A DNA stretch of 64,000 bases from Eledone cirrhosa. Lineage: Eukaryota. The DNA lies in the NCBI GenBank assembly GCA_964016885.1, contig OZ024740.1, forward strand, positions 344,596,001-344,660,000, given 5' to 3'. Shown here one piece after another: positions 1 to 13,378 of this stretch. The number at the start of each line of letters is the position of its first letter. The first letter of the stretch is position 1. A program made the position numbers and the translations under genes. The notes beneath the pieces are model-generated. The model saw nothing but the letters and a program-made list of their open reading frames with translations, was not told the DNA's origin and ran no database searches.

Positions 1-6
1 CAAGAA

Positions 7-2744
7 TTGGGATGTCTTAATGACTTCGAACTGGAAGTGAAGTTCAAGTCGGAGGCGACACCGGTCTTTCACAAGGCACGCCCGGTCTCGTTTGCTCTTC
101 GTGATGACCTGGCCAAAGGTTACGAGGAAGGCATCGCCAAAGGAATCTGGAAGCCAGTACAGTACAACGAATACGGAACGCCAGTCGTACCGATTCGTAA
201 AGCACATACTTCAGGCAACCTGAAGCCCAAACTACGGATTTGTGGTGACTACTCTGTGGGAATTAATGACGAACTTGCAGATCATCGTCATCCAATGCCA
301 CTCCCAAAGGAACTGATGCAGAAGCTCGGAGGTGGATTCGGATACACAAAGATTGATCTTGCTGATGCCTATAATCAGATCAAGCTGGCTTCAGAAAGTC
401 AACGCAGGCTTGCACTCAGCACTCACCGTGGGGTGCTCCTGCAGGAACGACTCCCTTTCGGAATCAAGTTAGCACCTGGTTACTTTCAGGAGATCATGGA
501 AAACCTGACTCAAGATCTACCTGGTGTGGCCGTCTTCCAGGACGACATGCTCGTCAGTGGGAAAGATGCAAACGATCACCTGAACAACCTAAAGTGTCTG
601 CTCACACGTCTGTGCGACAAAGGACTCAGATGTCGCCGTGACAAGTGCCAGTTTTCACTACCCAGTGTGGAATACCTTGGACACACCTTGTCGGCTGAAG
701 GGATCGCGAAGGGATCCAAGGTCGAAGCAGTTTTAAAGATGCCACCTCCAACGAACGTCTCAAGCTTGAAGTCTTTCCTGGGTTCAGTTCAGTTCTATGG
801 TTCAGCCACTCTATTACCTTACGAAAAAAACAACTACTTGGAAGTGGGGAGATGAAGAACAGTCAGCTTTCGATCAGTCGAAAAATGTGCTTTCATCGGA
901 TCGAGTTCTGATACACTTCGATCCAAACAAAATTTGGGACTGGCTTGCGACGCGTCAAACGTTGGTATTGGAGCAGTCCTGTTTCATCGCTATCCTGATG
1001 GAAGCGAGCGCCCAATATCCAATGTGTCTAAGACTCTTACTTCTGCACAGCGTAACTACGGCCAAATTCAAAAGGAAGCCCTGGCCATCATATTTGGCTT
1101 GCAGAAGTTCTATCAGTATCTGTACGGACATCAGTTTATACTCGTAACTGACCACAAGCCACTGACATCACTGTTCAGTCCGAGGAAAGGGACGCCACTT
1201 CTCGCTGCTAAACCGACAAGCACGGTGGGCCCTGTGGCTGAACCAGTTTGACTACACCATCGAATATCGGAAAACAGCGGATCATGGCAATGCAGATGCC
1301 CTCAGTCGCTTGCCATTTGGTAATGACATCGACTTTGACAGGAAGGAAAATGGTGAAGACATGGACATGGTGTGCGCCATCAAAGCTCTCGGTCTTCAAG
1401 TCCAACCTATCGATGCTTACGTCCTCCGTCAAGAGTCATGGACAGATCCAGTGATATCTACAGTAATACGCTACGTCCGTGAAGGCAGGCCACCAAAGAA
1501 TACTGAGATCAATGACGAAGTCAATAAGTTCCGGAAGTTATCGGATTCACTCAGTATCTGCCACGGATGCCTTATCCATGGATCGAGAGTTGTGATTCCA
1601 CATAGCTTACAGCCAAAGATTCTCAATCTTCTGCATCTCGGACACTTTGGCATGGAGCGCATGAAACAATTGGCAAGAACTGCTGTTTATTGGCCTGGTA
1701 TCGATGCTGCTATAGAGAAAACCAGTCGACAATGTGATTCGTGTGGTGAACATCAAAACCAGCCATCCAAGTCTCCAGTTCACCCATAGATGTTACCTGA
1801 AAAGCCGTGGAGCCGCTTACACCTGGACCACGCAATAAATTTCATGGGCAGTAATTGGTTGGTGATCACGGATGCTTATTCCAAGTATCCATGCATTCAT
1901 CCTACGTCATCCATATCCTCCAGAGCCACTTTAGATCTGCTTGAAGAAGACTTTGCGCACTTCGGATTTCCTCGCACGCTAGTCACCGATAACGCACCAA
2001 CTTTTATTTCTGAGGAGTTCCAGAGCTGGTGCAAAGAACGTGGGATCACGCACCTGACTGGGGCACCTTACCACCCAGCTACCAACGGAGCAGCGGAACG
2101 TTTGGTGCAGACCTTCAAACAAGCTCTGAGGAAGACTTCTCTTCCGCCGAAGCGAGCACTTCAAGAGTTCTTGACGCAGTACCGGAGAACACCAACATCC
2201 AGTGGATTCTCTCCGAGTGAACTTTTGAATCACCGGCAGATACGGACAAGGATTGATTCTCTGCTGCCCTCGCCAGCACACATCGCTCAAGGCAAGCAGT
2301 CTAAGGAAGCATATAAGTCTCAGATGACTCCGGACTCGGCAGGTGTCGCTAAGGTTACCAGGCAGTACAAGGCTGGAGATCCTGTGTATGCACTGTACTA
2401 CGGACCTCGCCGAGACAGATCCCCGATGGGTACCAGCAATCATTAAGAAGTCATTGGGTACTCGCTGCTTCAACGTTAAGGTCATACCTCATGGCCCGGT
2501 GTGGAGACGACACTGGGAACAGCTGCAACCGCGGTACACTACTGAGGAAGACAATGAACCTGTTGATGCAGTAGACACTGTTTTTGAATTTGCAACCGAT
2601 CACCCGATGGAGATCTCGGAAATCGTGCCACTAACTCCAAGACAGACCAGACCCAAGACCTTATTGCCCGTTCCTGAGTATGGACCAGACAATCAAAGAC
2701 GGTCCAAGAGAACTCGTAAACCCCCAGAGAGACTTTGCTGTTGA
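7..2744 (+). pseudogene. pol: Ty3/Gypsy pol (RT, RNase H, integrase), frameshifted and stopped; 5' part lies outside the window
   Basis: RT motifs KIDLADAYNQI, RLPFGI, VFQDDMLV, YLGH. RNase H LACDAS...QKEALAII...TDHKPL. Integrase HHCC (HLGH...CDSC) and D-D-E (LHLDHA, LVTDNA, NGAAER). Split over about 6 ORFs. Confidence 0.95.
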
Positions 2745-2778
2745 TGCTTCTTTTGTCGCATCCATTTCGGTGGGGAGG

Positions 2779-3059
2779 TGTTGTATGGACTGGGAATCGA
2801 ACTCACAACCTCATTGTTGTATGGACTGTTAAATTCGTTTTATTCAATTTACACGTGCTCACACATTTACATATGAATCACGTGACCTGGGCAGTCAGTC
2901 AGCGTTGGTATTAAAAACTCGGTCACAGACTGCTGCTGTCACTTACTTTATGTTATTCTGCTACTGTGAGGAGATGCGTGTTGGTTGTTTCGTACAATAC
3001 ACAAATTATTTGATATAACTCGTTGTGTTTTCTCTGCGAGTACCGAGAGGAATACAACA
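2779..3059 (+). mobile_element. 3' LTR of the Gypsy element (281 bp)
   Basis: Polypurine tract GGTGGGGAGG (2769-2778) directly before TG. Terminal inverted repeat TGTTGTAT...ATACAACA. Followed by (AGT)n. Confidence 0.9.
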
Positions 3060-3107
3060 AGTATAGTAGTAGTAGTAGTAGTAGTAGTGGCAGCAGTAGC
3101 ACTTCTT

Positions 3108-3260
3108 CTTTAACACATGGCTAGAAATTTGAAGGGAAGGGGAAAGTAGATTAAATCAATCCCTGTACGTTACCGGAACCTTATTTTCTTGACCACTTAC
3201 TTAATGATGAAAAGCAAAGCTAACTTCGGTGGGTTTGAACACAGAACGTAAAGATATATG
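3108..3260 (-). mobile_element. Degenerate tRNA-like SINE
   Basis: GATGAAAAGCAAAGCTAACTTCGGTGGGTTTGAACACAGAAC matches the core of the other SINE copies in the window. Confidence 0.65.
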
Positions 3261-3809
3261 ACCAAATAACATGAATATTTGTGCTGATGTTCAAACAATT
3301 CTGTAGTAGCTATAAGAACAAAATCTGAAAAAAACTGTGCAGTTCTCCATAGAATCGAATACGAAAAAAGTAGGCGTGAATTGTAACTGCAAATGTGAAG
3401 AGCAAATGAAACATCCCAATATGAGAAGTAATACCTGAACCTCCAGCACAATTGTTCCTTTCCCGCTGCCTTGTTCCAGTGTAATGGTGTATGTTGAGAA
3501 CAGACGAATTCACGTGGCACTCGCTCCCCTTCCAGCAAAGTAACTAGAGATCTGTACCTGCTTTTCAACTTGGATCTTCCTTTGTAGTGGAACATGAAGA
3601 ATATGATGAAACCGTTTAAACCTGTCCACCGTAACAATGTCTTTAGTAATATCAGAGAAGAACACTCTCTCTCAACGACAAAATGTAGTCATTAGCAAAA
3701 TGTTTATGATGGAATCCGCCCTTTCCCAACAAGATTAAGGAGAATATTTTGCAATATCCTTTGGTTCAATAGACCCTAACTCTTTAATAATTTGCCAGGA
3801 AACTTGCAT

Positions 3810-4115
3810 GGTGTGGACGTGTAACTTGTCCCTTAGACACATGAGTGCCAGAAAAAGAGAAGAAAATTAAGCGGTAGCATGATCTAAAGTGTGAAATGAA
3901 AATGGTTTGGGACTGTCATGAGGTCAAGCTCGTCCCTATCGTCTTAGGAGCATTATGTACTATTTCGAAGAGTTTCCAAGGTTGATGAAAGAGAATTTTC
4001 CATGGCTCTTTCTTTGGAACACTTCAAAAAGCATGCCTACTTGGACCATCAAGGACACTCAGATACGTGATGAATATCTGAGGAATCGGGTTAAATAAGA
4101 TCAATGACTGAGATA
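3810..4115 (+). mobile_element. 3' fragment of R4/Dong-type LINE (same family as 22653-25900)
   Basis: TTGGAACACTTCAAAAAGCATGCC...TCAATGACTGAGA aligns by eye to 7872-8049 and to the reverse complement of 22653-22990. Confidence 0.75.
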
Positions 4116-4122
4116 TAAAATA

Positions 4123-4510
4123 AATTATTTCTACTTTTGGCACAAGGCCAGCAATTACCAGTGTATTACTGGTACTTTATTTTATCGACCCCGTAAGGAT
4201 GAAAGGCAAAGTTAACCTTGACAGGATTTTAACTCAGACCATAAAGGGCCGTAACTCTGTGCTGCAAAGCATGGTGTCCGACCCTCTACCGATACTGCCA
4301 AATTAATAATGGTTTCTGATTTAGAAACAAGGACTACAATTTTGGAGTTGGTTAAAGTCGATTAAATTGACCCCACGTGTTATTGGTTATTTTTTTATCA
4401 ATTCTTTAAGGATGAATGCAAAGCTAACCTCGGCGGGATTTTAACTCAGAACATAAAACCATGTAGCTATAAGCCACAAAGTATGTTGTCTGACGCTCTA
4501 CTGATGCTTC
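4123..4510 (-). mobile_element. Two adjacent SINE copies
   Basis: TTTCTACTTTTGGCACAAGGCCAGCAATT...ACTGGTACTTTATTTTATCGACCCCGTAAGGATGAAAGGCAAAG...TTTAACTCAGA, repeated in degenerate form from 4311. Confidence 0.8.
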
Positions 4511-4593
4511 CAATCCACCACCCTTATCATGATGGTGATGATGATGATGATGACACTAATGATGATAATAATAATAATAATAATAATAATAAT

Positions 4594-7500
4594 GCTCAAG
4601 ATGAAACTCCAAATGAAAATAATGAGATCGTAAATGATAAAGAAATGAATGAGAATGAACTTGCCAACTTGAAGGATGAAATTATGATCGAATGGATGAA
4701 AATGAAAGAATCTGACACGGGGCAACGAGACACCCTCCCTAAGATCCAGAACTCCAAACAGAACCAAAAGATAATACGCAAGACTAACATAATTCTCAAA
4801 AACATTATCATCACAAACAAACTAAACATTACTGATTTAAATCATCTCTATTATGCATCGGCTAAAGTCACCACTCACTTATGTGGAGTGAAGATGAAAA
4901 AACCAAGGAATTCCCACAATAAATCTACTTGGCAAGAGAACATCAATCGCCAAATAAACCTTCTCCGATCTGACATAGAAATTTTAACAAACTATAAAGT
5001 AGGTGAACATGTTAAACAAACTAAACTTAGAAAATTGAAAAGAAAGTATAGTATAAAATCAACAAGTGACATAGAAATAATCAAGCAAATAATCAATAGA
5101 AATAATCAAGCAAAAAGTGTCGGCCAAAGCTGCTCGTATAAGGCGCTTTGAAAAACGATCTAGATTCTATACGGACAATAATATGTTCAAAAACAAACAA
5201 AGAAACTTCTACAGAAAAATTGGTAAGTCAACAATAACTGCTAAATCAATACCACCCAAGGAGGAAGTGCAAGAATTCTGGGAAAAGATCTGAGCCGAAG
5301 AAAAAGTTCATAACATACATGCCCCATGGGTAGACAGACAAATGAAAGATACAGCTCACCTTGAGGAACAAATATGGGAAAACATAACAGTTGAACAGTT
5401 GCGCATGGCTCTAAGAAAGACCAGCAAATGGAAATCCCCAGGAAAAGACAAAATACCTAAATTTTTGAATAAATGCCTTCACAGAGTCTCATGAGCTGAT
5501 AGCCCAACTTTACAATGAAATAGTTAAGGAGCCAGAAAAGATACCATCATGGCTAGTTAACGGCATTACATTCTTGCTTCCGAAGAATGATGAGACAAAC
5601 AATCCCCAAAATTACAGACAGATAACTTGCTTGACCACAATGTATAACATTTTAACATCAGTCCTAACTGAATACACATATGACCACCTGATAATAAATG
5701 ACCTATTTCCCATTGAGCAGAAAGGGTGTAAACGAGGCTCATATGGCTGTAAGGATCAGCTTTTGGTTAACAAAATGATACTGGAAGATTGTCATAATAG
5801 ACACAAAAATCTATCAATTGCTTGGGATAGATTATAAAAAAGCATTCGAATGTTGGCCACAGTTGGATTGAATAATGTTTAGAGATTTTCAAAATATCCC
5901 CCGTTGTCAGGAGGTTTTTGTCATTCAGTATGAAGAAATGGAAAACGACACTCCTTTTGAATAGTGAAACAAAATCACTGGAAGCTGGAGAAGTTAATAT
6001 TAATTGTGGAATTTTTCAGGGTGACTCTTTATCACCGCTTTTATTCTGCATCGCGCTTATACCATTAAGTAAAATGCTCAATGAAACAAAACATGGATAT
6101 AAAGTCTATGACAAAACCATTAATCACTTGTTCTAGATGGATGACCTGAAACTATTTGCAAAAAATGATGAACAATTGCAAGGGCTATTATCCACTGTGG
6201 AGCAGTTCAGTGATGACATTAAAATGGAGTTTGGACTAGATAAATGCGCCAAAGCAACGTTCACCAGAGGAAAGCTGCTGAAGAGTTCAGACATTAATCT
6301 TGATCGGGGGAACGTGATAAGAGAACTTGATCAAGAAAAAACTTACAAATATCTAGGTGTTTGTGAAGGAGACGGAATCAAGCACTCGACAATGAGGGAA
6401 AGGATAAGGAAGGAATGTTACCGCAGAGTAAGAGCAATCTTAAGAACGGAATTGAATGCAAGGAATAGGATCGATGCCATAAACACGCTTGCCATACCAG
6501 TAGTAACCTACAGTTACAATGTCATCAACTGGTCAAGCACAGAGATCCGTAGGCTCGATACAAAAATTCGAAAATTCTTAACCATGCACAGAATGCATCA
6601 CCCTAAGGCAGATATAGATAGAATATATCTCCATAGGAAAGAAGAAGGACGTGGGTTAGTCCAGTTAGACATTGCGTTGAAAACTGCAACAATTGGATTA
6701 TCTACATATCTAAGGGAATCACATGATTGGATGATCAAACTCGTTTTGAAACACGAAAGCATCAAAGGATCATATTCCATTACAAAATATGCACTAAGAT
6801 ACAGTAATGGACTACACATTTCAGAAGTCCCATTTACTGCTGAAATGGAAAACACAGAAAAAGCAAAGCAGGTAAAAGTAACTGCAAAGAAAGAACTGCT
6901 ACAGAAACTGGCTAAGAAATGGCAAGAATAGCCTCTGTATGGAAAATACCCAGAACGAGCTAACAATCCTGATGTTGACAAAACTTTAACCCATCAGTGG
7001 TTGGCATCCTCTGGACTGAAATCGGAGACTGAAGGACTGATTATATCAGCACAAGATCAGTGTCTGCCAACAAAAAATTACCAAGCCAACATAATAAAAA
7101 ATGGATGCAGCCCATTATGCCGTGAGTGCAAAAAACAATCAGAGACCATTGACCATATAATTTCAATGTGCAGTCCTATAGCTCCTACCGAATACCTAAA
7201 CAGGCATGACAGAGCTGCACAATACATACATTGGATAATGTGTAAGCATTTTGACCTGCCCCATCAAAAGAATTTGTGGGAGCATCAACCACCTCCCATA
7301 CTTGAAAAAGATCACATCTCAATCTTGTGGAACTTTAGCATCCAAACAGACCGAAAAATAGATGCAAATAGACCTGATACAATATTGAAGGACTTTAAAA
7401 AGAGGGTATGCCTGCTAATTGATATGTCCGTTCCAATAGACAAGAATGTATCTATAAAAACATTTGAAAATTTGAGCAAGTATAAGGACCTGGAGATAGA

Positions 7501-7828
7501 AATTGGAAAAATGTGGAAATTGAGAACTAAAACAATACCAGTGGTTGTGGGCTCTCTGGGAATGATACCTAAGGGGTCTAATGATTACTTATCGCAAATC
7601 CCAGGAAACCCGCGTATAGGAGAAATACAAAAGATAGTACTAATGGGAACTGCCCATATACAAAGGAAGATTTTGTCAATATAAGTACATCACAAGTCTA
7701 AACACTAAAGATGCATGTGTGAGTATGTATATTCTTTCTTGAACATGACGGACCTTGTTGTCTCTTGAGGTCACTGGTTGTGACTTGGTGATAACTCGTA
7801 TGAACATAAAGTAAGATAAATGCAGCTG
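4594..7828 (+). mobile_element. R4/Dong-clade non-LTR retrotransposon (RT plus C-terminal CCHC and restriction-like endonuclease), 5'-truncated and pseudogenised
   Basis: WKSPGKD, NYRQIT, EQKGC, GIFQGDSLSPLLF, MDDLKLF, YKYLG, CRECKKQSETIDHIISMC, RHD, NRPD...LIDMSVP, KYKDL. (TAA)n on both flanks (4566-4593 and 7829-7869). Confidence 0.9.
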
Positions 7829-7871
7829 TAATAATAATAATAATAATAATAATAAAAATAATAATAATGAT

Positions 7872-8049
7872 AAATGGTTAAAGAAAATTGGCCCCTTCAC
7901 GCTTTTTGGAACGCTTCAAAAGGCATGCTTGCTGGGAACAGCAAGAACCCTCCGATACGTGCTGAATATCTGAGGCTGCAGGTAGTGGCTTGATATTCAT
8001 CTCAACAAACTTTCCAGTTAACTAACATCAATGACTGAGACTCAAAGAG
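7872..8049 (+). mobile_element. 3'-terminal fragment of a second R4/Dong family, ending in (TAA)n
   Basis: Closely matches the reverse complement of 22653-22830. Confidence 0.85.
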
Positions 8050-10252
8050 TAATAATAATAATAAATAATGTAATACATATTCCCAATGACATTGATTTTG
8101 CAACTGGTTATATACCATGAAACGTATGTCTTACTTTTGTTTCCTTATTTTCATGGAATTCTCTATTTCTTGTCTGTCTTCTGCATATTGTTTTGTATAT
8201 TTTCACTAATCTTCTTTATGTATTTATTATTCGAATATTCCTTTCGATTCAGATTTAATAATATTTCTTTATCTCATCCTACACAACATTTCAAAGACAA
8301 TTGCGGTTCTCTTTTTACGCTACCTATGACAGCCTCGGGTGATTAAATACATAAACGTACACAGGCACGCACCGCCGTTTCACACACATAATACATATAG
8401 ACGATTATGTGTGTGAATGTGTGAGCGACAGAAAGAAATAGAGAAGAGTACGAACGAATGTGTGTGTGTGTGTGTGTGTGTGTGAATATGTTTCTACATG
8501 TGTTTAAGTGTGAATGTCTGTGAGTGGTGGTAGGGGCGCACGTGCGTGTGTATGTACGTTTAGATAATGTAACTTTGAAAAAGGAAAAAAAAAGTATTAC
8601 GGTATTTGCCTGCAGTGCGACATTGTTTAAGGCAAAATACGAATGTTTTGCTTCCATGGAAGCATCAGGATGCTGCGTGACAGAAGATGAAAAATAAGGT
8701 TTGTTGATGCTAGACTAAAGACATTTTTTCATTCATTTATTTATTTATTTTCTTGTTAATTTAATTCCAGAAAACGTAAGAGTAAACGAATTCTCAGTGA
8801 ACCGAATCTAAAAGCAGTTTTAATATTTGAAAACTGTTTCGATTGGATCAATTTTATGTAACTAATGCATATTTAGAACAGTATTAAAGTCACAGAAAAG
8901 TTTCAATGTAATATTTTCTTTAATTTCGGACTGTAAGTTTGTTTTCATGTGGATAGTGTATTTAAAAGAACCTAGTCATCAAGATGAATTGGATATTTTT
9001 CTGCTAAACTCATTTCACACGAAGCTCGATATACTCGTAAAATATTGAAGCAACGAAGAAGCATCACTGTAGCTATTTAACTGTAAGAAATAGCAAGCAT
9101 ATTCAAACCTTTCAAACCTCATTATGTTGACATACATAAATATGCATTAAATAATATAGTCTGAGCTACTGTAACTGATTATAGTTTGGATGCCTCCATA
9201 TTTCTGTTAGGCCACAAGTGGAATGCTTTCTGGGAGCGACAGAATGCGTAAAACGTTACTTTGAACGCAACTTCCATTAACATATGTATGTTAAAATGCA
9301 AGTAAGTTAAAGAAAGATGAGAAAATACTTATGCTGTTCACATGCTTTCCGATATTTGGAATACAGTTGTGGTTGAGTGTCAGTTTGAACACCTGAACAC
9401 CTGAAGAAAAACTTGGGTAAGGAGACAATTACAAATATGATAAACCCTTAGGTGTTATACAGTAAAAATATCAGAATCAGAAATCTATGACAATGAGAGA
9501 CTGAAGCAGGAGGAATGTAGAAAAAAGGAATTAGTGTCATTGGACTTGTAGTTGTAATGAGGGAAAACGCTTTTACAATTTGATACTTAAAGAGGATCAA
9601 ATATTGTTGAAATAGAAAATGCAAACGAAGAATAGAAAGTGTGCATAGAAACCACTGCATGACGTTATCATTTGACCGAATGAGATGCATTCGGAAGCAA
9701 TCTAAACTGATTGCGTGTGTAGCCCCATTATATTCCAAGATACGATAATTTTGCTTCAATCTAGGTCATATTTGATATTGTAGATGGCAGGTAACTGAAA
9801 CGTTTGCAGAATAATCTAACAATATATAAAGCTTAGATATTATGACCCAGTTTTAGGAAGGTAATGAAAATTAGCTCAGCAAAAGATATCATGACATATA
9901 ATGACTTCTAGCATTTGTATTAATGTTATTATTTTGTGTATAGAAAGGACGACGTATATTACTGCTTCTGTGAAATGCGGATCATTTGCGCTGTTGAAAA
10001 AAAGCACGCTTGTTATGTTGAAAAATGTGAGGTATTTCAGATGTATGTCAATGATATATATATATATATATATAGATATAGACAGGTAAATATACACGGG
10101 TGTGTATGATTGTGTATAGAAGATTATATTAATATTAATAAGAGGAATTCCAACTTTGTCTGATTTACTCGTTTTATTTACAATCATTTAAAATATATAT
10201 AATGTTATTATAATGAAATAGTATGATAGAATATTAAATTCTAAGTGTTAAT

Positions 10253-10291
10253 TGAACAAGTACTTTCATGCTTTCGCAATCTTCAGGTTCA
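10253..10291 (-). ncRNA. Minimal type I hammerhead ribozyme motif
   Basis: Minus strand reads TGAAC CTGAAGA t TGC-gaaa-GCA t GAAA GTAC TT GTTCA: stem I, core, stem II, palindromic stem III, UH. Confidence 0.75.
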
Positions 10292-10364
10292 TGATATGTG
10301 GTGACAGTCGAGTTTGCAATTTACCACAGTTGAAAATTGCAAACTCGACTGTCACCACATATCA

Positions 10365-10403
10365 TGAACCCGAAGATTGCGAAAGCATGAAAGTACTTGT
10401 TCA
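10365..10403 (+). ncRNA. Mirror hammerhead motif with U4C core change
   Basis: TGAAC CCGAAGA t TGC-gaaa-GCA t GAAA GTAC TT GTTCA. Confidence 0.6.
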
Positions 10404-11550
10404 ATTAACACTTAGAATTTAATATTCTATCATACTATTTCATTATAATAACATTATATATATTTTAAAGGATTGTAAATAAAACGAGTAAATCAGACAA
10501 AGTTGGAATTCCTCTTATTAATATTAATATATATATATATATATATATACATATATGAAAGGTGAAGGAAGATTAACGATGGTATAATCTGCAGACGACT
10601 ATGTATTATGAACAACGAGTAACTTAAATGAAAAGCAGGAAGATTGTGTGAAGCTTAACTGAAGTGTGAGCTGTTCCAGTCTTTATAAAATGTCAATCGT
10701 GGCGTATCAATGAAAAAAACAAATCTGAAAATGATGACAGACATACATATTCTATCGAATGTCAATTTACTAAGAAGGTTATCATGCCAAACACATTCAC
10801 GCTATTTCCAAATCTCTTGTCCAAAACACCCATCAACTTCCGGATATTCAGCTCAAGCAATATTATGTGGTTTTCTCACAAAATGATCGACGCCGGCCAT
10901 TACCAAATTCTCTCAAATTCCGAAGGATCAATGAGGTGTAACAAGAATCGAAGCAACCGGTTTCCTTGAAAATGAGGTAGTAAAGGCAATGTCTATTAAA
11001 TAGGAGTGGGAGGGGGGAGGGATAAATATGATAGATATATTAAAGCCTTCGAGTGTTAATATAAATTTGAAAGTGCGGTATATTTTGAAATAGACGACAG
11101 CAGCAATTGAAAACTTGCTGTTTCTTATAGGTTTTCCTAACTGCCTGTTCGATAAAATATGTATGTGCTGTTGTGGCCTGTAGTGTAACACTTTTGAAAC
11201 AATGAAAGCTTAATTCGATACGATAGATATATGGATTAGACTGCCATTGAAAATAATCTGTAAGCTATTTTCTTTTCTTAACCATACTTCTGATATGTTG
11301 TTCGATAGATAAGGGATTATCATTTTAGCACCATCATTGAAATATCTGAAAAGAATTCAATTGAAAATTTATTGAAATTTAATCAACTGAATTCCATAGA
11401 TGAAAGACTTGAAGTGTCATTCCATTCAATTATAATTATTATTTCGATGGTTTGTCCACCTGTTGTATTTTACAAGCTTGAAATGACTGAAGTATTTTCG
11501 ATATGGACACTTAGAATTAATGAGCTAGGCTCATTAATTTCTCTATGGTG

Positions 11551-12195
<645 letters not shown>

Positions 12196-12514
12196 GTGCC
12201 ATCGGTTGCGTTCCTCAGTTGTCGTGGATGATCGCTGTGTTTCTGACAATCTGGGACAATTGACTAGTGATGTCCACTAGAGTGGTGGGGGAGTTGCGAG
12301 TTCAATCTATATAGTAGTTAGTCTTCAAAGACTTCTTATATATGGCACAGCTGAGTTGATCCGATGGGAGACTTCTCCAAAGGCAAAAATAAGCCGGTGC
12401 CGTACTTTGCGATGGTCGACCTTGAAGCCTTCTTTTAATTCAACACATGCACACATACGCATATAAACACACACATGTATATATAAATATATTGATACCA
12501 AAGCACAAACATGA

Positions 12515-12546
<32 letters not shown>

Positions 12547-12619
12547 ACATTATGAAGAGAGAAGAAACATTTAGATATAATTAGTAATAAAATGTATCAT
12601 ACCTAAACTGCTCCTAAAT

Positions 12620-12709
12620 TCCTCGACTACGTAGTTTCGTGGCATAAACAAAAACAATATATCATAAAGATATAGAGTCCTTGCGAGGTCTGCCGACTTA
12701 TCAAGAGGA
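12620..12709 (-). ncRNA. Type I hammerhead motif, U3-A8 variant, GUC site (copy 1)
   Basis: Minus strand reads TCCTC TTGATAA GTcGGCA...TGCCAC GAAA CTACGTAG TC GAGGA. Confidence 0.75.
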
Positions 12710-13214
12710 TACCTCATTTTACTAGTCTCAAGAACGCGTCTACACGACGTGAGAAAGAATCCCAAAAGGCGGAGGGGGAGATAGTCACGCGATATAACGG
12801 TCGAGAAACAGAGCTAAGCCTCTTATAACCCCGAAGAAAGTACCACGGAGGCGGAGGGGGTATTTATATCGAGGCCGTAGAAGAGGTGGTGAAGAAGGCG
12901 AGAAGTATGAGTAATGGAAGCTTTCCAGCTGTCCCCACACTTCAAAGATTGCTCGACCAGAGGGAGTTATTAACAATATATTTAGAAACACACAGATACA
13001 TGCGGACACACACATATATACATGAATGCATCCGCACCCAACTGTGAGTTAAGGGTGCCAACTTCACCGATGTTGCTCAATGAATGACTGGGACAGACCA
13101 ATTCAGTTGAACTAGACTGAACCAGTATCAGAGTTAAAAATACATTATGAAGAGAGAAGAAACATTTAGATATAATTAGTAATAAAATGTATCATACCTA
13201 AACTGCTCCTAAAT

Positions 13215-13304
13215 TCCTCGACTACGTAGTTTCGTGGCATAAACAAAAACAATATATCATAAAGATATAGAGTCCTTGCGAGGTCTGCCGACTTATCAAG
13301 AGGA
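13215..13304 (-). ncRNA. Type I hammerhead motif (copy 2, identical)
   Basis: Identical to 12620-12709. Confidence 0.75.
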
Positions 13305-13378
13305 TACCTCATTTTACTAGTCTCAAGAACGCGTCTACACGGAGAATAAGAAGGCTGCGTAGTTGCTAGTTAAGTTAG

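Larger units (their letters stand above)
10125..10531. repeat. Near-perfect palindrome: ~198-bp arms, 11-nt loop, 2 mismatches seen; abuts (TA)n
   Basis: 10125-10322 is the reverse complement of 10334-10531. Confidence 0.95.
12545..13341 (-). mobile_element. Non-coding element with 202-bp identical direct repeats (12545-12746 and 13140-13341); Penelope pLTR- or retrozyme-like
   Basis: Period is 595 bp. Each repeat carries a hammerhead motif. The 3' end on the minus strand runs into (TA)n. Confidence 0.75.

Noticed and set aside
4483-4593. Asp/Asn-rich N-terminus of ORF 4483-5151
   Set aside because: Read-through of SINE sequence and (GAT)n(AAT)n into the truncated LINE.
8600-11500. Possible host exons in unique-looking DNA (also 50600-51500 and 57950-59700)
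   Set aside because: No ORF with a recognisable product and no consistent splice pairs. Small exons cannot be excluded without RNA-seq.
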